A stretch of 64,000 bases of DNA, taken from positions 384,001-448,000 of the forward strand of contig CAWGYD010000008.1 in NCBI GenBank assembly GCA_963826785.1. The letters are read 5' to 3'. This document shows, in pieces, positions 10,255 through 22,089 of this stretch. Both the position numbers and the translations under genes were made by a program. The notes beneath the pieces were generated by a model. That model ran no database searches. It was not told the origin of the DNA and was given only the letters and a program-made list of their open reading frames with translations. This DNA comes from an uncultured delta proteobacterium. Its GTDB lineage: Bacteria; Desulfobacterota; Desulfobacteria; Desulfobacterales; Desulfosalsimonadaceae. Within the stretch, counting starts at the first letter, position 1. The number at the start of each line of letters is the position of its first letter.

Positions 10255-10416
10255 TAAGCATGAGGCGCTGTGGTAATTACCGGATGCCTGCCGCCGGTCA
10301 GGCCTGTTTCCTTCAGTCCATTATTGACATTTTTTATAAAACCTTTAAAACAGTGAATCCGGTTTTCCCTTCAGGCACATTCTCATGCAAAACAACCATA
10401 TAACGTTTCGGCGGCC

Positions 10417-13062
10417 GTGTGGCCGACATATATTTTCCGTATCTGGGACCAACCATTGATAAATAAAGCCAATGTGGTGATCACGATTGCCATCGCCCTG
10501 GTGACGGTGAGCATCTGGGCGTTCTTCAACCGGCCGGAGAAAGAACCGCTGTGGCCCGAAAAAATCATGGGATTCTGTTATTCGCCCTACCAGGCCGACC
10601 AGAATCCCGCTGAAAAGCGCTATCCCACTGAAGAACAGCTCGAATCCGATCTGGCATTGATGTCCGGCAGGACCCACGCCATCCGCACCTATTCCATGGA
10701 GGGTCCTCTCGCCCGAATTCCCCGGCTTGCCCGGAAATACCATATCAACGTCGCCCTGGGCGCCTGGATCGGAAATGACCCGGCGCGCAACAAGGCGGAA
10801 ATCGATCAACTGATCCGTGGGGCCACCGATAACAGCAATGTGGTGCGGGTGATCGTCGGAAATGAAGCCATCCTGAGAAATGATATTCCCCTGCCCCAGC
10901 TCATCAATTATCTCATCCGGGTGCGAAAGGCCCTGCCCGCCCCGGTCAGCACGGCCGAGCCCTGGCATATCTGGCTCAAATACCCGGAACTGGCTGAAAA
11001 TGTCGATTTTCTGGCCGTGCATCTCCTCCCCTACTGGGAAGGAATCCCCCTTGACCATGCAGTGGATTTCTGCATCGAGCAGATTAAAAAGCTGGAAACC
11101 GCCTTTCCCGATAAACCCATCGTGATCACCGAGGTGGGCTGGCCCAGTGAGGGGCGCACCCGTCAGGGCGCAGTGGCATCCGCCGCAAACGAGGGCGCCT
11201 TTCTTCGGCGCTTCCTGGAACGGGCCACCCATGAAAATTACGTCTACTATGTCATGGAGGCGTTTGATCAGCCCTGGAAACGCCGGAATGAAGGGTCGGT
11301 GGGGGCGTATTGGGGGGTTTACGACGTTTATCGGAATCCGAAATTCGCTTTTTCCAAACCCATTATCAAAATACCGGAATGGCGGGTTCTGGCCGGCATT
11401 TCCGTGCTCATTGCCATCATCACCCTGATCATGCTGGTCATCAACAGTGAAACGCTCAATATCCGGGGCCGGGGGTTCCTGGCCCTGATCGCCTTCTCCC
11501 TTGCCACGGCATCCGTCTGGTCCACCTACGATTATGTGCACCAATACCTGACGCCCAGCACCATCATCATCGGCATCCTCATCGTGTTCGGCATCATCGG
11601 AATCATGCTGGTGCTCCTGACCGAGGCCCATGAATGGGCCGAAATCCTGTGGGTAAAGGAACGGCGCCGGAAATTCGTCCCGGTCCGGGTGGAAGACGAC
11701 CAGCTCCCCATGGTATCGATCCACCTGCCCATCCACAATGAACCGCCCCAAATGGTCCGGCAGACCCTGGACGGACTGGCCCGGCTGGATTACCCCCGGT
11801 TCGAGGTGATCGTCATGGACAACAACACCTGCGATCCGGACACATGGATGCCCGTTCAGGAATACTGCCGTCATCTCGGCCCGCATTTCCGCTTCTTTCA
11901 TGAGGAACATCTCCCCGGGTTCAAGGCGGGGGCGCTGAATTATGCGCTGCACCGGACCCATCCGGATGCTTCCGTGGTGGGGGTGATCGACAGCGATTAC
12001 GTGGTGGATCCGTCATGGCTGCGGGATCTGGTGCCCCAGTTCACCGTGAAATCGGTGGGCATTGTCCAGGCCCCACAGGATTATCGGGATGACGGGAAAA
12101 CAATTTTTAAGTCCATGTGCTATTCCGAATACCGGGGATTCTTCTTTATCGGCATGATCACCCGCAATGAACGCAATGCCATCATTCAGCACGGCACCAT
12201 GACCCTGATCCGGCGAAATGCGTTAAACGAAGTGGGCGGCTGGGGGCAATGGTGCATCACTGAAGATGCCGAACTGGGGCTGCGCATTTTCGAGCGGGGA
12301 TACGAGGCCATCTATATTCCCCGCAGCTACGGGAAAGGGCTGATGCCCGATACCTTCATCGATTACAAAAAACAGCGATTCAGGTGGGCGTATGGCGCCA
12401 TTCAGATCATCCGCAGACATGCGGGCAAACTGACCGGATTTACCAAAAGCCGGCTGACCGCCGGGCAGCGGTATCATTTCTGGGCCGGATGGCTCCCCTG
12501 GATGGCCGATTCCATAAACCTGGTCTTCAACATGGGCGCGCTCTTCTGGTCGCTGGGCATGGCCGTGGCGCCGGAACGGTTTGATCCGCCCCTGATCATC
12601 TGCTCCGCCTTTCCCCTGGCCCTGTTCTGCTTTAAAGTGTCGAAAATCCTGTTCATCTATCAGCAGGCCCATATCGTGGTGAGCGTTCGTCAAACCTTTG
12701 CCGCGGCCACGGCCGGACTGGCCCTGTCCCACACCATCGGAAAGGCGGTGCTGGCCGGTTTTTTTACCCGAAGCATGCCCTTTTTCCGAACCCCCAAAAT
12801 GGCGCGCAAACATGCCCTGCTTCAGGCCGTAAATGCCTCCCGTGAAGAATTTCTGATGATGATCGCCCTGTGGCTGCTGGCTTTCGGGATCCGGTTTTCC
12901 GGTGCGACCCCCTCGCCGGACCTGGCCATATGGATCGTGGTCCTGCTGATCCAGAGCCTCACCTATGCGGCCGCCGTCGCGGTCTCTCTGGTCAGCGCCC
13001 TCCCCTCCCTGGATTCGGGCAATCCGTCCATTACCGAAGAACCGGTCCTGACCAGCCGCTGA
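10417..13062 (+). CDS. ndvB: GH17 + GT2 fusion, NdvB-like cyclic beta-1,3-glucan synthase (start uncertain)
   Basis: GH17 motifs VIVGNE and ITEVGWPS; GT2 motifs GFKAGALN, IDSD, ITEDAELG, QRFRW; multiple TM helices. Confidence 0.85.
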   Translation: MWPTYIFRIWDQPLINKANVVITIAIALVTVSIWAFFNRPEKEPLWPEKIMGFCYSPYQADQNPAEKRYPTEEQLESDLALMSGRTHAIRTYSMEGPLARIPRLARKYHINVALGAWIGNDPARNKAEIDQLIRGATDNSNVVRVIVGNEAILRNDIPLPQLINYLIRVRKALPAPVSTAEPWHIWLKYPELAENVDFLAVHLLPYWEGIPLDHAVDFCIEQIKKLETAFPDKPIVITEVGWPSEGRTRQGAVASAANEGAFLRRFLERATHENYVYYVMEAFDQPWKRRNEGSVGAYWGVYDVYRNPKFAFSKPIIKIPEWRVLAGISVLIAIITLIMLVINSETLNIRGRGFLALIAFSLATASVWSTYDYVHQYLTPSTIIIGILIVFGIIGIMLVLLTEAHEWAEILWVKERRRKFVPVRVEDDQLPMVSIHLPIHNEPPQMVRQTLDGLARLDYPRFEVIVMDNNTCDPDTWMPVQEYCRHLGPHFRFFHEEHLPGFKAGALNYALHRTHPDASVVGVIDSDYVVDPSWLRDLVPQFTVKSVGIVQAPQDYRDDGKTIFKSMCYSEYRGFFFIGMITRNERNAIIQHGTMTLIRRNALNEVGGWGQWCITEDAELGLRIFERGYEAIYIPRSYGKGLMPDTFIDYKKQRFRWAYGAIQIIRRHAGKLTGFTKSRLTAGQRYHFWAGWLPWMADSINLVFNMGALFWSLGMAVAPERFDPPLIICSAFPLALFCFKVSKILFIYQQAHIVVSVRQTFAAATAGLALSHTIGKAVLAGFFTRSMPFFRTPKMARKHALLQAVNASREEFLMMIALWLLAFGIRFSGATPSPDLAIWIVVLLIQSLTYAAAVAVSLVSALPSLDSGNPSITEEPVLTSR

Positions 13063-13384
13063 ATTTGACATGCCCGGCGAAAAACCCCCATATTTAATTT
13101 AAATCAGATCCGGGCACGACTCACCTTCTTCCTTTTTCACACCTGCGAAATCCACCTCCATCTGGTTGAGTGTAAAACACGAGACGCATCAATCCGGAGT
13201 TTTGCATGATCCTCAAATTTTGCACATATCGGCTTCCGGCGGCGTAAAGCGCTCTTCCTGCCGGAAGCCCGTCCCGTCCTCCAGGGGCCTCTTTCCGGAC
13301 CAGATAAAGCCCCGTCATGACAACAACCTGTTTTTCCATGCCCGGCCCCGGCCGATCCGCCGGCCCGGCAGACAAGGAGGCGAT

Positions 13385-13981
13385 ATGAAAAAGCAACTGC
13401 TGAACTACGACACCCTGCGCAAAATCACCGATGCCATTTCCCATTCCCGCGATCCCGAAGAAGTGGTCCTGATGACGGTCGACAGCATCAAGAGTGCGCT
13501 GGATGCAAAGGGGTGCACCCTTTTCCTGGTGAACCGAACCACCCATGAACTGGAAGTGGCCGCATCCTTTGGACTCAGCCACGAATATATCAATAAAGGT
13601 CCGGTCAGTGCGCTCAAGTCGATTTCCAAATCCCTGGAAGAAGGACCGGTGGCGATTTACGACGTCGCAGACGATCCGCGAATTCAGTACCCGGAAGCGG
13701 CGACAAAGGAAGGCATCGCATCGATCCTCTCGGCGCCCATCACCGTCCGGGGAAATGTCATCGGTGCCTTGAGGGTGTATACGGCCGAACCCTGGGAATT
13801 TGACATGGATGATGTGAATTTCGTCCAGGCGATGGCCAATATGGCAGGTATGGCCATCGACATGACCCGCTATTCAAAAGGCCTCAAGGACAGCATTGAA
13901 ATTCTTAAAACCCTCAGAGACCCCAAGACGATTAAATCCCGGAAACGAACCCCCTATGAAAGCGTCCCGATCAGCTTCTGA
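13385..13981 (+). CDS. Stand-alone GAF domain protein
   Basis: AAGGAGG RBS; DPRIQYPEAATKEGIASILSAPI...IGALRVY GAF signature. Confidence 0.85.
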   Translation: MKKQLLNYDTLRKITDAISHSRDPEEVVLMTVDSIKSALDAKGCTLFLVNRTTHELEVAASFGLSHEYINKGPVSALKSISKSLEEGPVAIYDVADDPRIQYPEAATKEGIASILSAPITVRGNVIGALRVYTAEPWEFDMDDVNFVQAMANMAGMAIDMTRYSKGLKDSIEILKTLRDPKTIKSRKRTPYESVPISF

Positions 13982-14222
13982 CAGCGGTTCGATTCATAGA
14001 CAAACAGCGCCCGCATGCCCAGGCCGGCGGGCGCCTGGAATTGCACCCGAACTACTCCCCGAAAAACTTGATAAAATACAGTCCATACCCCATTTACCCC
14101 GTCTCAGATCTTTACTATTCGATATCTGATGAGATGGCAAAAAGTCGTATTTCACGCTTTCGTATGTAAATTATCTTATGATCTGATGACATTTTTCAAA
14201 TGAAAAGCGATCAGGAGGCGGC

Positions 14223-16702
14223 ATGGCCAAAAGAAAACCGGGGCGTCAGGAACCCAAAAAACAGGATTCGGAGAACCTGAAGGATCTTCCGGTCGACAAA
14301 CTCATAAACCTTTTGAAAACGACCGCCGGCGGGCTGTCCACTCAAGAGGCCAATCAGCGCCAGGAGCAGTACGGATACAACGAACTTTCGGAAAAACGGG
14401 AAAGCGCCATTCTGCTGTTTCTCTCCTATTTCTATGGCACCATCCCCCTCATGATCATGGCGGCGGCCATCCTGTCTGCCGTCCTGGGGCACTATCCCAC
14501 CCTGGGCATCATCATGGCACTGCTGATCATCAATGCGGTGGTGGGATTCCGGGAAGAGCACCAGGCGGGGGATGCCATTGCCGCGCTCAAGCAGAAGCTG
14601 GCGGTCAAAGCCAATGTCCGGCGGGACGGCAAATGGATGAGCATTCCCGCCCGGGAACTGGTTCCCGGTGATGTCATCCGGCTGCGCATCGGCAGCATCA
14701 TCCCGGCGGATGCCAGACTTCTGGAGGGGGACGAGGTCCAGGTGGACCAGTCCGCCCTGACCGGAGAATCCATGCCGGTGAAGCACAAATCCGGTGATGC
14801 GGTCTATTCCGGCTCCATCCTCAAGCAGGGAGAAATCGATGCCGTGGTTTTTGCCACCGGCATCCACACCTACTACGGTAAAACCGCGCAGCTGGTGGAA
14901 TCGGCCAAGACCAAAAGCCACCTCCAGATCGCCATCATGAAAATGGCGGACTACCTGCTGGTGATCGCCATTTTCCTGTCCCTGGTCATCATCGGCGTGG
15001 TGTTTTCCCGCACTTCTCAGCTTCTGGAGGTGCTGCAGTTTGTTCTGGTGCTGATCGTGGCGGCCGTGCCCGTGGCCATGCCGGCCGTCCTCTCCGTGAC
15101 CATGGCGCTCGGGGCCAGCAAACTGGCCGATAAGCAGGCGATCGTCACCAAACTCTCCGCCATCGAGGAGGTGGCCGGCGTGGATATCCTCTGCTCGGAC
15201 AAGACCGGCACCCTCACCCAGTCCAAACTGACCCCGGGAGATCCATTTACGGTCAAGGGTGTCGCGCAGATGAGCTGATCCTTTATGCCGCCCTGGCATC
15301 CCGCGAGGAAGATCAGGATCCCATCGACATGGCCGTTCTCGGCGGCATTTCAGACCATGAAAAATTAAAATCATATGAAATTAAGCACTTCATGCCCTTT
15401 GACCCGGTGCACAAGCGCACCGAGGCATCGGTGGAAAGCCCAGAGGGGCCGGCGTTTAAAACCACCAAGGGGGCGCCGCAGGTTATCCTGGCGCTTGATC
15501 CCGATGCCTCGGGGATAAAGGATGAAGTGGAGCGCGCCATTGCCGATTTTGCCGGCCGCGGCTTTCGATCCCTGGGCGTGGCCCGCACCGGTGAAAATGG
15601 GAAGTGGCACTTCATGGGCATCATCCCCCTCTATGACCCGCTGCGGGAGGATACCAAGCCCACCATCGAGGCGGCCAAAAAACTGGGGCTTGCGGTGAAG
15701 ATGGTGACCGGCGACCAGGTGGCCATCGGAAAGGAAATCGCCCGGCAGCTGGACCTGGGCACCAACATTCTGGACGCATCCATGTTCGAGGAAACCCGGC
15801 CCCATGAGAGCGGCCAGCTGGAAGATGCCATTGAGGCCGCCGACGGTTTTGCCCAGGTCTTTCCCGAGCACAAATACCACATCGTGGATGTCCTCCAGAA
15901 GCGGGGCCATATTGTGGGGATGACCGGCGACGGCGTCAATGACGCCCCGGCCCTGAAAAAGGCAGACGCCGGCATCGCCGTTTCCGGGGCCACGGACGCG
16001 GCCCGGGCCGCGGCCAGCATCGCCCTGCTCAACCCCGGGCTTTCCGTGATTATCGACGCCATCCGGGAAAGCCGCCGGATTTTCGAGCGCATGCTGTCCT
16101 ACGCCGTCTACCGCATCGCCGAAACCGTGGCCCTGCTGGGCTTTATCACCATCGCCATCGTCTTTTTCAACATGTTCCCCGTCACCCCCATCATGATCGT
16201 ATTCCTGGCCATATTAAACGACGGATCGATTCTGTCCATCGCCTATGACAACACCCGCTCGGCCGAGGAGCCGCTGAGCTGGAACATGGTTTTCGTAATG
16301 GGAATGGCCGGGGTGCTGGGCAGCTATGCCGTGGCCCGCTCTCTGGGCATCTATGCCATCAGCACCTATTTGCTGCACATGGATCCGGACACCATCCGGA
16401 CCATGATCTACCTCAACCTTTCCGTGGGGGGCATACTGACCCTTTACGCGGCCCGCACCCGCGGCCCCTTCTGGTCTGTGGCCCCAGGAAAGATCCTGCT
16501 GCTCGTCACCTTGAGTGCCCAGATGATCGCCACGCTTCTGTCGGTGTACGGCATCCTCATGGCCCCTATCGGCTGGGCTAATGCCGGCATCATCTGGGGA
16601 TACTGCCTTGTGCTGTTTATCGTGCAGGATCAGGTCAAACTGGGCGCACGCCTCGTGTTCAGTGAAGGGCACTCGGGGTATTTCGGCCGGCACGCCAGAT
16701 AG
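14223..16702 (+). pseudogene. Plasma-membrane proton-efflux P-type ATPase (P3A-like), split by a frameshift near 15265 (pseudogene or sequencing error)
   Basis: TGES, VPVAMPAV and CSDKTGTLT in ORF 14223-15278; KGAP, VTGD and GDGVNDAPALK in ORF 15329-16702; DELILYAALASREEDQDPID is readable across the junction in the second frame. Confidence 0.85.
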
Positions 16703-16892
16703 ACCGACGAAGAAGCCTCTCCTTTCCATTTTATTTTCATCCACACTCGACCGGAAGGTTGACAAGATCCTTATTTCATGAAAAGAATGAAATTTTTTCA
16801 CGAAAGATGAAACCAAATGCCCTTCATCGAAAGGGCTTTGGAAAACGAAAAAATCATAGGGAAGGACCAGTTTTTTTAACTGAATTTTAGCC

Positions 16893-18221
16893 ATGCGCAG
16901 AAATATTGAACATGTCGGCTGGGGACAGCTGAATTATGAAATCCGCGAGATCGTCGCTGTGGCAAAAGACGTCGAAGCAATGGGCATGACGGTCACATGG
17001 GAGAATATCGGGGATCCGATCCAGAAAGGGGAAAAAATGCTCCCCTGGATCAAGGAGATCATCCGGGATCTGGCCGCCTGCGACCACACCTACGGATACG
17101 TGCCCACGCCAGGGGTTCAGGAAACGCGCGAATTCGTGGCGGAGCTGGTGAACAAGCGGGGCAGCTATCAGGTAACCGCGGAAGATATCATCTTCTTCAA
17201 CGGACTGGGCGACGCAGTGGCCAAAATCTTCGGATTTCTGCGCCGGGAAGCCCGTGTCATCGGCCCATCGCCTGCCTATTCCACCCATTCCTCTGCCGAA
17301 GCCGCCCACTCCGGGTATGAGCACCTCACCTACGACCTGATCCCGGATGACAACTGGATGCCGGACCTGACCGACCTGGAAAACAAGGTCAAATATAACG
17401 ACTCCATTGCCGGCCTGCTGCTGATCAACCCGGATAACCCCACGGGGGCCGTTTATCCCCGCCACATATTGGAAGCCATGGTGGATATCGCCCGCCGGTA
17501 CGGCTTGTTCATCATCAGCGACGAGATTTACGCCAATATCGTCTACAACGGGGCGGAAATGGTCCACTTGAGCCAGATCATCGGCGATGTTCCGGGCATG
17601 GCCCTGCACGGCATCTCAAAGGAATACCCATGGCCGGGCGCGCGGTGCGGTTGGGCCGAAGTGTTCAACAAGGACCGCAACTCTGATTTCAAGCGCTACA
17701 TCAAAAGCCTCATGAATGCAAAGATGCTGGAGGTCTGTTCCACCAGCCTTCCGCAATATTCCATCCCCAAAGTCATCGGGGATCAGCGGTATGCGCATCA
17801 CGTGGCCAGCCGACGGAAGATGTTCGAAAGAAGAGCCACTGAAGCCTATGAGATCTTTTCCGCCTGCGAAAACGTGCATGTGGTCAAACCCCAGGGCGCT
17901 TTTTACATGACTGTTCTGCTGAAGGAGGAATATCTCCATCCGCGGCAATCCCTGGATATTAAAAACCCGCAGATCCGGCGCTATATCGAATCCAAGGTCC
18001 GCGATGTGAAAATCGACAAGCGCTTCGTTTACTATCTGCTGGGCGCGACGGGCATCTGCGTGGTCCCCCTCACCGGTTTCTGCTGCGACCGCAAGGGCTT
18101 TCGCATTACCCTGCTGGAAACCGACGACGAAAAAAGGCGCTGGACCTGGAACACCATCGTCAAGAGCATCGATGAATACATGGCCTCGGTCCCTGTGGTA
18201 AACGCCGCGAAGGCCTGCTGA
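16893..18221 (+). CDS. PLP-dependent aminotransferase class I/II (alanine aminotransferase AlaA-like)
   Basis: NIGDP, INPDNPTG, SDEIY, GISKEYPWPGARCGW (PLP lysine). Confidence 0.88.
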   Translation: MRRNIEHVGWGQLNYEIREIVAVAKDVEAMGMTVTWENIGDPIQKGEKMLPWIKEIIRDLAACDHTYGYVPTPGVQETREFVAELVNKRGSYQVTAEDIIFFNGLGDAVAKIFGFLRREARVIGPSPAYSTHSSAEAAHSGYEHLTYDLIPDDNWMPDLTDLENKVKYNDSIAGLLLINPDNPTGAVYPRHILEAMVDIARRYGLFIISDEIYANIVYNGAEMVHLSQIIGDVPGMALHGISKEYPWPGARCGWAEVFNKDRNSDFKRYIKSLMNAKMLEVCSTSLPQYSIPKVIGDQRYAHHVASRRKMFERRATEAYEIFSACENVHVVKPQGAFYMTVLLKEEYLHPRQSLDIKNPQIRRYIESKVRDVKIDKRFVYYLLGATGICVVPLTGFCCDRKGFRITLLETDDEKRRWTWNTIVKSIDEYMASVPVVNAAKAC

Positions 18222-18300
18222 AACAAAGCGGCGACAGATTCACGTTGCAACCGACTTGCCTGGGATCGATGAACCCCGGCGCACCTGATCCCAGGGGGTG

Positions 18301-19203
18301 TCATTTTTCCGTAAAATACGGGACCACCATCACCGGAACCGTTGCCAGCCGCAACACCAGTTCGGTGGTTCTGCCAAAGACGGTGCTTTCCATGAACAGC
18401 CGGTGATTTGCCCCTATAATGATCAGATCATCCCGGTTTTCCCTGGCCTGGGCCAGGATCTGCTTGACCGCATTGCCTTTTCGCACCACGGTTTCAATTT
18501 CGCACGCATCTTGAACCGACCTGCCGATTTCCGAACACAGCCTTCTGACCTCTTCCTCGGCCCCGTCCGGCTGATGTTCTGAACTGTAGATCACGGTCAG
18601 GCGGGATTTAAACCGCCGGGCCATGGACACGGCCGCCTGCAGGGCGCAGGCGGCCGAAACCGTATCATTGCAGGGACACAGAATGCGCTTTAAGTGAAGG
18701 GCCTCCCCGGCATGGCTGACATCGATGAATTGATGGGCTTTCTGCCGCGCAGTGAATACGGGAATTTTCGCATTCCGGACCACGTTTTCCGCCACCGATC
18801 CCAGAAACAGGTGCTGCAACCCGCTGTGCCCGTGGGTTCCCATGATGATAAGATCAAATCCGCCCTGCTCCGCCGTGTCCAGGACAGCGTCCACCGGATG
18901 CCGGTCGATGACCCGGTAAGATATGGAGAGGCCTTCAACCAATGGCCCGAGAACCGTCGCGACATGAGCCCTCAGCTGACTTTCGACGGTCGTTTCCGCT
19001 TTTTTTAATTCGGAAAGGATCCAGGAATCATCTTTCCGGGAGAAATATCTCGGCACTTCAAATCTTTCCGCGTGAAGTACGGTCAATCCTGCCGAAAATT
19101 CCCGGGCACCCATTGCCGCATATTTCAGGGCCAGGCTCGAAAGATCGCTGAAATCAACCGGGCACAGGATCCGCCCGGGTTCAAATGGCTGTGGATGTTT
19201 CAT
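18301..19203 (-). CDS. Universal stress protein with two USP domains
   Basis: ILCPVDFS, DLIIMGTHG...LGSVAENVVR, second DLIIIG...FGRTTELVLR; AAGGAGG RBS. Confidence 0.9.
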   Translation of the reverse strand: MKHPQPFEPGRILCPVDFSDLSSLALKYAAMGAREFSAGLTVLHAERFEVPRYFSRKDDSWILSELKKAETTVESQLRAHVATVLGPLVEGLSISYRVIDRHPVDAVLDTAEQGGFDLIIMGTHGHSGLQHLFLGSVAENVVRNAKIPVFTARQKAHQFIDVSHAGEALHLKRILCPCNDTVSAACALQAAVSMARRFKSRLTVIYSSEHQPDGAEEEVRRLCSEIGRSVQDACEIETVVRKGNAVKQILAQARENRDDLIIIGANHRLFMESTVFGRTTELVLRLATVPVMVVPYFTEK

Positions 19204-19511
19204 AAAACCTCCTTCACAGGATGATAGGTCATGCCCGCATTTCCGATCCTCGATCAAAATGTAAACAATTACCGAATCATATTCAAATTTTTTTCGATAG
19301 GGTTTTATCATTACATGAATCAAATTGTTCCACGGAGATGATTGCGTTGATTTCCCACAAGAGTAACCATCCGATTTTTAAAATTAAATTAGGCCAACAG
19401 AGATGATCTGGTTTCCATTTTGCTGGAATACGCTCATTATATTTGTTATACTTATCTCTCGAAGATATAAAAGTTATCAGCGCATTCTTTACAGATCGGA
19501 GATGCCAAAAA

Positions 19512-20909
19512 ATGAAGTGCTTGAGAATTCTCTCGGGTTTGCTGATCTTCTGCGGGGTGGTGGGATCCACGGCAGCATTTGCCGCAGGAATGTCGCAGGA
19601 GGCTGTCCCTTCCACTCTTTTGCTCCAGGAAGCCATTGACCAGGCGCTGGCCCGCAATTCACAGATTTCCGCCGCGCAGTCCAGGGTGCGTGCATCCGAG
19701 GCCCGCATCTCCCAGGCCTTGTCCGGGTTCTACCCCCAGCTGTATGCGTCCGAAGTCTATCAGCGGACCACCAATCCCATGTGGGCGTTCGGGGCCAAGC
19801 TGAACCAGGAGATCATTACCCAGCAGGATTTTCTTCCTGAAAAGCTCAATAATCCCGAACCCATCGACAACTTCAACACCCAACTCGGACTGAAATGGTC
19901 GCTGTTTGACGGCGGTAAAACCTGGTTCGGCTGGAAACAGGCGGACATGGCCTACCAGTCGACCGAGCTGGGGCTGACCCGGACCCGGCAGGAGATTATC
20001 TTTGCGACCATCGCCGCCTACACGGATCTGGTATTTGCCCGAAAAAGCCTGATCGTGGTGGACCAGGCCCTTCAGACCGCCCGGAGTCATCTCCAGGTGG
20101 TGCAGACCCGATATCAAAACGGGCTGACCGTCAAAAGCGATGTGCTCCGCGCCAAAGTCCACATTGCCGAACTGGAACAGAACAAATACACCGCATTCAG
20201 CGCCGTATCCGTGGCCCAGGCGGCGTTAAACGCGGTCATGGGCACGGAAATGACCCGGGAAATCAATACCGCCACTCCCCTTGCCCCGGCAGAAGTCCCG
20301 GAAACACCGCTGCCCGAATGGATTGATACGGCCTTAAACCAGCGGCCCGAACTGATGCAGCTTTCATATCAGGCAAAGATGGCCCGGGCAGAGGTCAAAA
20401 AATCCAGGACGGCCCGTCTTCCTTCATTCATGCTAAATGGCGCCTATGAACTCAATTCCGAGGATTTCGACGGCTCCGGAGAAAGCTACACCGTGGGCGC
20501 AAATGTCACCCTCGATCTGTTCACCGGATTTCGCGTATCGGCCAAAACAACAGAAGCCCTGCACCTCCTCGATGCGGCCCGGGCCGGACAGACCGGCATG
20601 AAGCAGAAAATCCGGCTTGAGACCGAGCAGGCGTATTACTCCCTGATGAGTGCCCAAAAGCGGATCGAAGCCGCAAAAGCGGCCGTGGAAGAATCCCAGG
20701 AAGCCATGCGGATCATCTTAAACCGCTATGACAACGGGCAGGTGCCGATCATCTCGCTTCTGGATGCGGAAATTGCGCTTTACCGCTCACGCAACAACTA
20801 CTATCAGGCCGTAAAAGACCAGGTGCAGTCCCGGGCCCAGCTGGCCCTGGCCGCGGGAACGCTCGACCCGGCATTTCAATCGTCATCCATCATTCATGAA
20901 GGGGAATAA
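19512..20909 (+). CDS. TolC-family outer membrane efflux protein
   Basis: Signal peptide; two OEP repeats (LFDGG, RYQNG, RPEL, RYDNG). Confidence 0.9.
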   Translation: MKCLRILSGLLIFCGVVGSTAAFAAGMSQEAVPSTLLLQEAIDQALARNSQISAAQSRVRASEARISQALSGFYPQLYASEVYQRTTNPMWAFGAKLNQEIITQQDFLPEKLNNPEPIDNFNTQLGLKWSLFDGGKTWFGWKQADMAYQSTELGLTRTRQEIIFATIAAYTDLVFARKSLIVVDQALQTARSHLQVVQTRYQNGLTVKSDVLRAKVHIAELEQNKYTAFSAVSVAQAALNAVMGTEMTREINTATPLAPAEVPETPLPEWIDTALNQRPELMQLSYQAKMARAEVKKSRTARLPSFMLNGAYELNSEDFDGSGESYTVGANVTLDLFTGFRVSAKTTEALHLLDAARAGQTGMKQKIRLETEQAYYSLMSAQKRIEAAKAAVEESQEAMRIILNRYDNGQVPIISLLDAEIALYRSRNNYYQAVKDQVQSRAQLALAAGTLDPAFQSSSIIHEGE

Positions 20910-22089
20910 TACTGTGAAGAGCAAGTGGACGCACCCGCTGGTGCGATTGCTGATCATGTCCGCGGCAATACTCATGTTTTCCGGCTGCGGGGAGGAAATC
21001 GCTCCCGGCAATACGGAGTCAGGTCCCGGTAAAGCCGTTCAGACAGAAATCGGGACCGCTGAAACCATCGATCACCCCATTCAGTATCAAGCGGTGGGAA
21101 CCGTGTATCCCCGGACCACGGCCACCATTTCCGCCAAGGTGATGGGGGAGATCACCAGCGTTCCCGTCAGGGAAGGCGACCACGTGAAAAAAGGCGATCT
21201 CCTGGCCGCTATCCAGGGCAACCAGATGGCAGCCCAGCTGAATCAGGCCAAAGCCGGTCTGGCAGAGGCCAGACAGTCGGCCCGGGCGGCCCAATCCGCC
21301 GTTGAATCCGCCAAATCCCAGTTCGAACTGGCCCAGGCCACCTATGACCGGTATAAATCTTTGCTCGAAGCCGACTCCGTCAGCCAGCAGGAATTCGAAG
21401 AGGTGCAGTCCAGATTCCAGCAGGCTCAAGCCGCGCTCTCCCAGTCCAAATCCATGCGCGAAGCTGCCCAGGATCGGATCAACCAGGCCAAAGCCGCTGT
21501 TTCGGCGGCCGAGACCACATTTTCCGACACCAATGTCAGGTCTCCCTATGACGGTGTGGTGACCGCCAAGATGGTGGAACCCGGCGACCTGGCATCACCG
21601 GGCACACCGCTGGTCAAACTGGAGGAAACCGGGACGTATGAAGTGCACATGGTGCTCCCGGAAGAATATATCCGGCACATCAAAATAGGGGATACGGTCA
21701 CGGTTCGCGTCCCCTCCATACCCGATGAAAGACTTGAAGGCACGATCAAGACCATTGACCCTTCCGCCGACCCCTCCATCCGGTCGTTTCAGGTCAAGAT
21801 CGCCCTGCCCGAAGCCGCCGGTCTCCGGGCAGGCCTGTTTGCCCGGGTCCTGATCCCCATCGGCCGGACCGCCGCCATCCTGATTCCCCAAAGCGCGGTG
21901 GTGCATCAGGGCCAGTTGACCGGCATCTTCATTGTAACTGAAAGCGGCGTCGCCCGCTTCCGCCTGATCCGGACCGGACGGCCCTTTGGAGACCGGGTGG
22001 AAGTCCTGTCCGGCCTGAGTGCCGATGAACGATACGTGGTTCATCCGGGCGCCGACATTAAAGATGGTGTGAAAGTGGAGGGGGCATGA
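20896..22089 (+). CDS. RND efflux periplasmic adaptor (MFP), lipoprotein
   Basis: Lipobox [15 protein letters not shown], coiled coil, SPYDGVV, LRAGLF, VEVLSGL. Confidence 0.9.
   Translation: MKGNNTVKSKWTHPLVRLLIMSAAILMFSGCGEEIAPGNTESGPGKAVQTEIGTAETIDHPIQYQAVGTVYPRTTATISAKVMGEITSVPVREGDHVKKGDLLAAIQGNQMAAQLNQAKAGLAEARQSARAAQSAVESAKSQFELAQATYDRYKSLLEADSVSQQEFEEVQSRFQQAQAALSQSKSMREAAQDRINQAKAAVSAAETTFSDTNVRSPYDGVVTAKMVEPGDLASPGTPLVKLEETGTYEVHMVLPEEYIRHIKIGDTVTVRVPSIPDERLEGTIKTIDPSADPSIRSFQVKIALPEAAGLRAGLFARVLIPIGRTAAILIPQSAVVHQGQLTGIFIVTESGVARFRLIRTGRPFGDRVEVLSGLSADERYVVHPGADIKDGVKVEGA

Noticed and set aside
10345..11961. 538-aa minus-strand ORF
   Set aside because: Antisense shadow of the GH17-GT2 gene with no recognisable features
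13230..13330. Possible riboswitch upstream of the GAF gene (TTCCGGC...GCCGGAA hairpin)
   Set aside because: Only one hairpin; I could not match any known aptamer consensus
15276..15278. Selenocysteine or readthrough at the TGA in the P-type ATPase
   Set aside because: Homology continues in a different frame, so this is an indel, not readthrough
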